From: a virus
Taxonomy: Duplodnaviria > Heunggongvirae > Uroviricota > Caudoviricetes
Virus record (IMG/VR): IMGVR_UViG_3300035703_000003
Strand: one strand, 5' to 3'
DNA length: 64,000 bases
The notes beneath the pieces were generated by a model. That model did not search any database, was not told where the DNA came from, and saw only the letters and a list, made by a program, of their open reading frames with translations. Made by a program: the position numbers and the translations under genes. How positions within the stretch are numbered: the first letter of the stretch is position 1; each line of letters opens with the position of its first letter. Below are positions 58,619 through 64,000 of the stretch, piece by piece.

Positions 58619-59554
58619 TCATTTATTAAATAAACTACTAACGCTTTCTTCATTAGAAATGCGTCTAATAGCTTCGCCGAACAATTCGCTAACTGTTACT
58701 GGGCGTATTTTTTTAGATTTTCCAGTATATAATATACTATCGCTAATTACTAATTCTGTCAAACAACTTTTGTCTATTTTCTGATCTGCAGTGCCACTCA
58801 ATACACCATGAGTGATATACGCTCTAACACTTAATGCGCCTGCATCCATAATTGCTTGCGCTGCATTACATAAAGTGCCGCCACTATCAACAATGTCATC
58901 TACTAGAATAGCATGTTTATCTTTTACATCACCTATCAAATTCATCACTTCGCTAACACCTGCTTTTGGTCTACGTTTGTCAACAATAGCGATATCGCCG
59001 TCAAACATATTAGCAAATTTACGAGCTCTAACAACGCCCCCTGCATCTGGACTAACAAACACTACGTTATCAACGTCGCCAATGTTACGTTTAATATCTC
59101 TTGCAAATACAATACGACTTGTTAAGTCATCTACAGGGATATTAAAAAATCCTTGTATTTGTCCTGCGTGTAGATCCATTGTTAAGATACGATCTGCACC
59201 TGCAGTGGTTATCAAATCTGCAACTAATTTTGCTGTAATAGGTGTTCTGCTTGCGCTTTTACGGTCTTGTCTTGCATAACCAAAGTATGGAATAACTGCA
59301 GTAATTCTTTTAGCACTACTACGTTTAGCAGTGTCTATCGTAATTAGCATTTCCATTAAATTATCATTTACTGGACTAGAGGTGCTTTGTATAATAAACA
59401 AATCTTGGCCTCTAATATTTTCTTGAACTTCTATACAAATTTCGCCATCGGCAAAACGTTTAAGGTCTACGGATACTAAATCCGAAAAGCAGTGTTCAGA
59501 TACTGCTTTTGCAAACGGCAAGTTGCTATTACCGCTAATAAGTTTTAATGTCAT
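58619..59554 (-). CDS. prs: Ribose-phosphate pyrophosphokinase
   Basis: [49 protein letters not shown]. Confidence 0.95.
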   Translation of the reverse strand: MTLKLISGNSNLPFAKAVSEHCFSDLVSVDLKRFADGEICIEVQENIRGQDLFIIQSTSSPVNDNLMEMLITIDTAKRSSAKRITAVIPYFGYARQDRKSASRTPITAKLVADLITTAGADRILTMDLHAGQIQGFFNIPVDDLTSRIVFARDIKRNIGDVDNVVFVSPDAGGVVRARKFANMFDGDIAIVDKRRPKAGVSEVMNLIGDVKDKHAILVDDIVDSGGTLCNAAQAIMDAGALSVRAYITHGVLSGTADQKIDKSCLTELVISDSILYTGKSKKIRPVTVSELFGEAIRRISNEESVSSLFNK

Positions 59555-59565
59555 TTATACCTTCG

Positions 59566-59874
59566 TCAAACTGAAAAACTTTCGCCACATCCGCATTGTG
59601 CAGTGGCGTTTGGATTTTTTACTGTAAGATAACTACCGCCCAATTCACGGATATAATCTACAGTGCAACCAAAAACAAACATTTCAGCCATTGCATCTAA
59701 AATTAATATATCGTCAATGACTGTGCCAGAGGAGGTATCATCAGTAAAATTCCATTCATATTTGAATCCACTGCAGCCTCCTCCTCTGACATTTAAGTAT
59801 ACATACTTGCGCCCGTTATCGCTTGTCATTTTAGACAAATAATCCTTAGCACTAGAAGTAATGTTTAGTATCAT
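59566..59874 (-). CDS. A-type Fe-S carrier (IscA/HesB family)
   Basis: GGGCSGFKY, NPNATAQCGCGESF. Confidence 0.92.
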   Translation of the reverse strand: MILNITSSAKDYLSKMTSDNGRKYVYLNVRGGGCSGFKYEWNFTDDTSSGTVIDDILILDAMAEMFVFGCTVDYIRELGGSYLTVKNPNATAQCGCGESFSV

Positions 59875-60314
59875 TCGCACCAACTTTGTTTTGCTTCGCC
59901 ATAGTATTCTCTGGCGTAACCTTTTTCAATCAGCGACATTCTCAAACTTTTACCATCTAAGATAATATCGCCTAATACTCTGCCACCGAATTTGTCCCAA
60001 GCCATAATAGCAACTTGTTGTGTTTTACTTGTTGCTACTAATTCTTTAGTAAAGGCACTAGCGGCTGCGCCCATTTCAGCTTCTTTTGGGCACATAGCAC
60101 GGTGACCTTTTTCGGGAGTATCTACACCGAACACACGTATTGAAAGTTCTTCTTTGAGTGGATCAGGTAAAAACGGCGCTTCAAATGCTACAGTATCCCC
60201 GTCGATAACTCTCGTAATTTTGTAATCATAAACTACTGATTCTTTTTCTTTTTGTGCAAATGCAGCGGTGGCTGCAACTACTACTATTAATGCACTTACT
60301 AATAATGTTTTCAT
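59871..60314 (-). CDS. Secreted thermonuclease (SNase-like)
   Basis: Signal peptide; RVIDGDT, IRVFGVDTPE, DKFGGRVLG. Confidence 0.88.
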   Translation of the reverse strand: MKTLLVSALIVVVAATAAFAQKEKESVVYDYKITRVIDGDTVAFEAPFLPDPLKEELSIRVFGVDTPEKGHRAMCPKEAEMGAAASAFTKELVATSKTQQVAIMAWDKFGGRVLGDIILDGKSLRMSLIEKGYAREYYGEAKQSWCE

Positions 60315-60355
60315 ATTTTTGCCTTTGTGTAATGCAATCTGCATCTGTCATATAT

Positions 60356-60706
60356 TTATGAGTCTTCGGCAGGCCTATCACTAAACAAGTGTAGTTTGTT
60401 TCCTCCGTTGTATCCTTTGGTCGGATCCCATTCTTTTGCGTCTGGTAACGGGTCTTTTTGTTGTGAAATGTTCGGCCAACTCTCACTATACTTTTTGTTA
60501 AACTCAATCCATTCCTTAGCACTAGGATCAGTGTCGGGCTTAATAGCGCCAGCAGGACATTCTGGCTCACACACACCACAATCAATACATTCGTCTGGAT
60601 TGATAACTAGCATGTTTTCGCCTTCGTAAAAGCAGTCAACCGGGCATACTGCAACACAATCGGTATACTTACAACGAATACAAGAATCATCAACTATATA
60701 TGTCAT
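60356..60706 (-). CDS. fdxA: 7Fe ferredoxin FdxA
   Basis: [43 protein letters not shown]. Confidence 0.93.
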   Translation of the reverse strand: MTYIVDDSCIRCKYTDCVAVCPVDCFYEGENMLVINPDECIDCGVCEPECPAGAIKPDTDPSAKEWIEFNKKYSESWPNISQQKDPLPDAKEWDPTKGYNGGNKLHLFSDRPAEDS

Positions 60707-60709
60707 GTA

Positions 60710-61024
60710 TTATGCTTTTTGCTGTGCAATTAAAAACTCTTCAATGAGGTCTTCTTTTTTACGTCTCATGCTCATTTCAATGCCAAATTTCTCGTTGCCA
60801 AGATTGACAATTTTTTGCTTAGACATTTTTTCTAAGTCAGCTTGTGTAATTGCATCTACTGTTGTAGTTTTTTTATTGTTCGGTTTTACAATAACCGGTT
60901 CCACTGTAACAGTAGTTTCATTGTTTAGAACACGATCTTTTGCTGTAAGAACTAATGTATCATTAACTACAACTTCTTCTTTGTGCAATCCAAGTACTTT
61001 TTTAATACTATCAAATAATCCCAT
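60710..61024 (-). CDS. Hypothetical protein with Rho_N-like C-terminal helical motif
   Basis: LEKMSK..GI...KKEDLIEE. Confidence 0.5.
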   Translation of the reverse strand: MGLFDSIKKVLGLHKEEVVVNDTLVLTAKDRVLNNETTVTVEPVIVKPNNKKTTTVDAITQADLEKMSKQKIVNLGNEKFGIEMSMRRKKEDLIEEFLIAQQKA

Positions 61025-61035
61025 AATAATCTCCT

Positions 61036-61383
61036 TTAATCTATACCTAAAATTAGTTTTGCATCTTCACTCATTTTGTCTGGGCCCCATTCCGGAGTAA
61101 ATGTAATATCTACATCTACATTATTAATGCCAGTAACTGACCAACACGCCATTTTCACATCCATTACAATATCGTCTACACTAGGGCAAAACGGACTAGT
61201 TAAACTCATTAGTATGTGACACTTATCGTTTTCGATCGATATATTATATATCAGCCCAAGATCATAAATGTTAACACTAATTTCTGGATCATATACGTGT
61301 TTTAAATTTTCGACAATTCGTTCAAGTCTGTTACTTGTGTCAGCATCTTGAATGTCAACATGTCCTCGTGATTCCTGAACCAT
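61036..61383 (-). CDS. SufT/DUF59 (MIP18-like) Fe-S assembly protein; start uncertain
   Basis: VYDPEISVNIYDLGLIY, MSLTSPFCP, PEWGPDKMSE. Confidence 0.88.
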   Translation of the reverse strand: MVQESRGHVDIQDADTSNRLERIVENLKHVYDPEISVNIYDLGLIYNISIENDKCHILMSLTSPFCPSVDDIVMDVKMACWSVTGINNVDVDITFTPEWGPDKMSEDAKLILGID

Positions 61384-61568
61384 ACTTCTATCCCGTGTCT
61401 TTGATGGTCGTAACGCCAGCCTCCGTAATTTTCGCCAAACTGACTGTTTAGTAATGTTACGAAGGCGGATCTGTTAAAATAGTTTTCTTTAATGAACATT
61501 GTGCAATAAAACTTATCGTCTTGTTGCCAATTAGCACACCACTCTAAATTAAGAGGCAAATTCCCCAT
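61302..61568 (-). CDS. Hypothetical protein of the F-x4-D-x3-F-K-L family; start uncertain
   Basis: EVWFRNHEDMLTFKML. Confidence 0.5.
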   Translation of the reverse strand: MGNLPLNLEWCANWQQDDKFYCTMFIKENYFNRSAFVTLLNSQFGENYGGWRYDHQRHGIEVWFRNHEDMLTFKMLTQVTDLNELSKI

Positions 61569-62025
61569 CTTCACGATGTCCTTGGCGATACGCCATATTG
61601 CTATCGGTTTCACGCACTTCTACACGTGAGCACCACAGGCGTTCAGCTTCGCCATAGCTTGGTAAGAAAATCGTATTGATGTATTCATAAAGGAAGTCTG
61701 CAATGCCTTCGCAGCCAGTTTTACTTACCATTGTAATTTTAGCAAGTCCTAGTTCGCCTAGGCGCAATAATTCGTCCTTCTTAGGATCGTCTTCTGCTAC
61801 TAGTAATGTATGATCAAACCAATCTTCTAGTAATCCTTTTAGCGGCTTAAGACCGCCGTAATCCATTGCCCAATTTCTAGCATCTAGTTCATCTGTTTCA
61901 AATTCGAAATGAAAACTAAATGCATATCCGTGAATTTGATTGCAATGACTGCTAGCTCTCCACTGACGATATGCACATGGTGCAATTTGTCTATAAGTTT
62001 TAGTCGATACGTATTTCTTTGCCAT
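61549..62025 (-). CDS. queD: 6-carboxytetrahydropterin synthase (QueD/PTPS family)
   Basis: SHCNQIHGY, DYGGLK, FDHTLL, GCE, VEVRET. Confidence 0.85.
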   Translation of the reverse strand: MAKKYVSTKTYRQIAPCAYRQWRASSHCNQIHGYAFSFHFEFETDELDARNWAMDYGGLKPLKGLLEDWFDHTLLVAEDDPKKDELLRLGELGLAKITMVSKTGCEGIADFLYEYINTIFLPSYGEAERLWCSRVEVRETDSNMAYRQGHREDGEFAS

Positions 62026-62030
62026 TTTAT

Positions 62031-62089
62031 ACTCCCATGCAATACGGAGTGTGCGGAATATTTATAGTGGGTCGAACACCTAGTCCACT
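62031..62089 (-). ncRNA. Candidate preQ1-I-like riboswitch/pseudoknot leader of queD
   Basis: AGUGG-ACUAGGUGUUCGAC-CCACU-AUAAAUA..ACACUCC..GGGAGU; P1 stem, A-rich linker and a P2 that competes with an anti-SD hairpin. Confidence 0.5.
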
Positions 62090-62103
62090 TGTATTATTAC
62101 TTA

Positions 62104-62691
62104 TCATCGTTTGTCGATGACCTTATCTGCAAGCCCATATGCAACAGCTTCTTGTGCTGTCATAAAATAATCACGATCCATGTCACGTTCGAAATCTTCA
62201 TATGTCTTACCAGCAGTATTATGCTTAACATACAAATCTGTCAACATACGTTTCATTGCAGTGATTTCTTTATATTGGATTTCAATATCACTCTGCATAC
62301 CACGAGCACCACCGCTAGGTTGGTGAATCATTGTGCGACTGTGCGGCAATACATAACGTTTACCTGGTGCACCTGCTTGTGCCAGGAACGACCCCATACT
62401 ACATGCTTGTCCCATTACAACTGTAGCAACATCTGGTCTAATATATTGTATAGTATCGTAAATGCTCATACCTGCAGTAATAACACCACCCGGACTGTTA
62501 ATGTAAAGTGTAATATCTTTATCTGGATTTTCACTTTCTAGAAACAGTAGCTGACTTACAACAAGATTAGCACTGTAATCTTCAACTGGACCATTTAGCA
62601 TTACTACACGGTCTTTAAGCAAACGACTGTAAATGTCGTAGCTACGTTCGCCTTGACTTGTTTTGTCAATTACGATAGGCACTAGCCCCAT
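62104..62691 (-). CDS. clpP: ATP-dependent Clp protease proteolytic subunit
   Basis: [37 protein letters not shown]. Confidence 0.95.
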   Translation of the reverse strand: MGLVPIVIDKTSQGERSYDIYSRLLKDRVVMLNGPVEDYSANLVVSQLLFLESENPDKDITLYINSPGGVITAGMSIYDTIQYIRPDVATVVMGQACSMGSFLAQAGAPGKRYVLPHSRTMIHQPSGGARGMQSDIEIQYKEITAMKRMLTDLYVKHNTAGKTYEDFERDMDRDYFMTAQEAVAYGLADKVIDKR

Positions 62692-63224
62692 TGTGTTACT
62701 CCTAAATCACTGTATGCAATTTGAATTGCTTTGCTTTGATAGAATGCGTCTGCATATGCGTTGTGCAGATTTTTTTGCATTTTTTTACGTGGATCTTCTC
62801 TTAGCAATCCAAGCAATGTTCTGCTATCACGAATTTGCCAAAACTGCCATGGAATTGGTCTACCTAAACTACGATAAATGTTTTCTAACATAGTATAATC
62901 GAAACCGTAACCTTGGCCCCAAAAGATGTCTACACCAACAATCCACTTGTTTAGTGCATCGAGAAATTCGTCTACACCAACTGCGTCAGTTTGATCAAAC
63001 GCTTCATTCATAATTTCTGGATCTTGCTTTGCCCACCATTCTAGTGTGCTATCGCTAACTGTGCGACCTAAACGATCTTGGTCGTCGATACTAAGTTTAA
63101 AATAAAATTTATCGTACGGTTCGTCAGCACTGTAAGGATTAAACTTTACACCGCCGATTGTTAAGATGGTTGCACTAGGACTTGTGTCTAGTGTCTCTAA
63201 GTCTATTGTTGCGTGAATTGTCAA
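62682..63224 (-). CDS. DEDDh 3'-5' exonuclease (Rv2179c-like)
   Basis: IDLETL, WG.G..FD, RDSRT, HNAYADA. Confidence 0.85.
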   Translation of the reverse strand: MTIHATIDLETLDTSPSATILTIGGVKFNPYSADEPYDKFYFKLSIDDQDRLGRTVSDSTLEWWAKQDPEIMNEAFDQTDAVGVDEFLDALNKWIVGVDIFWGQGYGFDYTMLENIYRSLGRPIPWQFWQIRDSRTLLGLLREDPRKKMQKNLHNAYADAFYQSKAIQIAYSDLGVTQWG

Positions 63225-63437
63225 TCAATCAAACCTTTCTAATACTTGAATAACGTGTTTACATTTGCCTTGAAAATTAAACCCAGGACAGCTACATTCG
63301 AATCCTTTATCTGCTATTGTTACAGAATATTCAGATCCTGGTTTGCTACCTTGAACTGTCCACTGTGTTCCTACTAAATGGTTGCCTTTAAAGTTCCAAT
63401 CACTGGGAGCATAATAACGTTTAGTATAGCGTTTCAT
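63225..63437 (-). CDS. SWIM zinc-finger protein
   Basis: CSCPGF..GKCKHV. Confidence 0.8.
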   Translation of the reverse strand: MKRYTKRYYAPSDWNFKGNHLVGTQWTVQGSKPGSEYSVTIADKGFECSCPGFNFQGKCKHVIQVLERFD

Positions 63438-63463
63438 GGTAGCCTCTTAGCTATTACATGTTT

Positions 63464-63492
63464 AATATATGATATAACTGTGTAGATGTCAA
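63464..63492 (-). promoter_or_regulatory. Sigma70-type promoter
   Basis: TTGACA-17-TATATT. Confidence 0.75.
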
Positions 63493-63493
63493 G

Positions 63494-63877
63494 TTATCTA
63501 CGCATCGCAGCAATATCTTTTGCTGCTTCAGGACTGTCTTTTCGAATAGGAACCGCATTGCTTTTGTGCATAGTTGCAATACCTAGCAATTCTGTTCCTG
63601 TGTATGTTTTACGATCTTTAGCAGGACCATGCCCTGCAACACGATCACTTGTTACTCGAGGACCGGTAGACAAGTTTGGCATTTCACAAATACCTTGTCT
63701 ACGACCTTTTTTATCGTGCGGCAACTTACGCTTTAGGCTTTCGTCGTCAACACCCATCTTTTTCAAGAACTCTTGGTGTTGACGCTCTGCTTCAAGTTGT
63801 CGTGCTGTTTTCTTAGACGACTTTTTGCGATTGTATTTTGTAGTGGTCATGTGAGGACCAACAAGGTGCATTGTCAT
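63494..63877 (-). CDS. Conserved phage hypothetical protein
   Basis: YTG..LLGIATMHKSNAVP..A.DIA.MRR. Confidence 0.7.
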   Translation of the reverse strand: MTMHLVGPHMTTTKYNRKKSSKKTARQLEAERQHQEFLKKMGVDDESLKRKLPHDKKGRRQGICEMPNLSTGPRVTSDRVAGHGPAKDRKTYTGTELLGIATMHKSNAVPIRKDSPEAAKDIAAMRR

Positions 63878-63879
63878 TT

Positions 63880-63999
63880 TTAATTCAATAGTTGTAGACG
63901 AAGACGTAGGCGAACACGTTGCCCTACATAATAATTGTTTGCTTGTGTAGCGTTCATACGAATTGGAACATTATTACCCATTACATTAAAAATAACATC
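63880..63999 (-). CDS. C-terminal end of a gene that starts beyond the window
   Basis: Open frame DVIFNVMGNNVPIRMN..YYVGQRVRLRL then stop. Confidence 0.5.
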   Translation of the reverse strand, partial: DVIFNVMGNNVPIRMNATQANNYYVGQRVRLRLRLQLLN

Positions 64000-64000
64000 A

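Noticed and set aside
58619-59554. Prs as the Adps of a NARP1 NAD-reconstitution pathway
   Set aside because: It looks like a canonical host-type Prs and no Namat/Nampt gene is adjacent; a partner outside the window cannot be excluded
62026-62103. queD leader as a THF-II or ZTP riboswitch, or a terminator
   Set aside because: Only short fragmentary similarity to those classes and no U-tract after the stems; a preQ1-I-like layout fits better
1-64000. tRNA or rRNA genes and stop-codon recoding
   Set aside because: No cloverleaf was seen in the short intergenic gaps, and conserved genes are full length under the standard code with TAA, TAG and TGA all used as stops
1-64000. Bacterial chromosome or prophage interpretation (clpA, clpP, prs, infA, fdxA present)
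   Set aside because: Host-like genes are interspersed with phage genes, T4-like promoter motifs and dense single-strand small ORFs, with no bacterial operon context or lysogeny genes

Overview
This is a 64-kb segment of a large lytic tailed dsDNA phage (jumbo or T4-superfamily-like). It is AT-rich, uses the standard genetic code and has almost all genes on the minus strand. Its FdxA, Prs and YccA/BI-1 genes look alphaproteobacterial, which suggests that host group (inference). Layout: (1) 1.8-8.7 kb is a run of genes whose products nearly all begin with an M[RK][LIF]x[ED][LI]xE tag resembling the T4 capsid-targeting sequence. Their cargo domains include a HAD phosphatase, peptidoglycan-binding and lysozyme domains, a Cys-His-Asp enzyme, ParB/Srx, a HiPIP, a stand-alone sigma70 region 4 and an HxGH nucleotidyltransferase. 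(2) 8.7-25 kb holds late structural, lysis and chaperone genes (tail-fibre-like proteins, TIGR02594 lipoprotein, spanin pair, ClpA, DnaJ, IF-1, PhoH, UvsE), many behind TAAATA late-promoter-like motifs. (3) 25-51 kb is an early/accessory region of many small ORFs behind near-consensus sigma70 promoters. Eleven of these promoters share an AAGA-NN-TCTT palindrome in the spacer. The region also has a ParB+HNH pair, an RNA-repair cluster and an inserted sulfotransferase cassette flanked by a 26-bp direct repeat. (4) 51-64 kb has replication and auxiliary metabolic genes (clamp loader, DnaE fragment, GroES, UDP-glucose dehydrogenase, lipase, BI-1, MazG x2, Prs, IscA, FdxA, SufT, QueD, ClpP), with a preQ1-I-like pseudoknot leader upstream of queD. 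I saw no tRNA, rRNA, CRISPR array or integrase. All family calls come from motifs recognised by eye, not from database searches.
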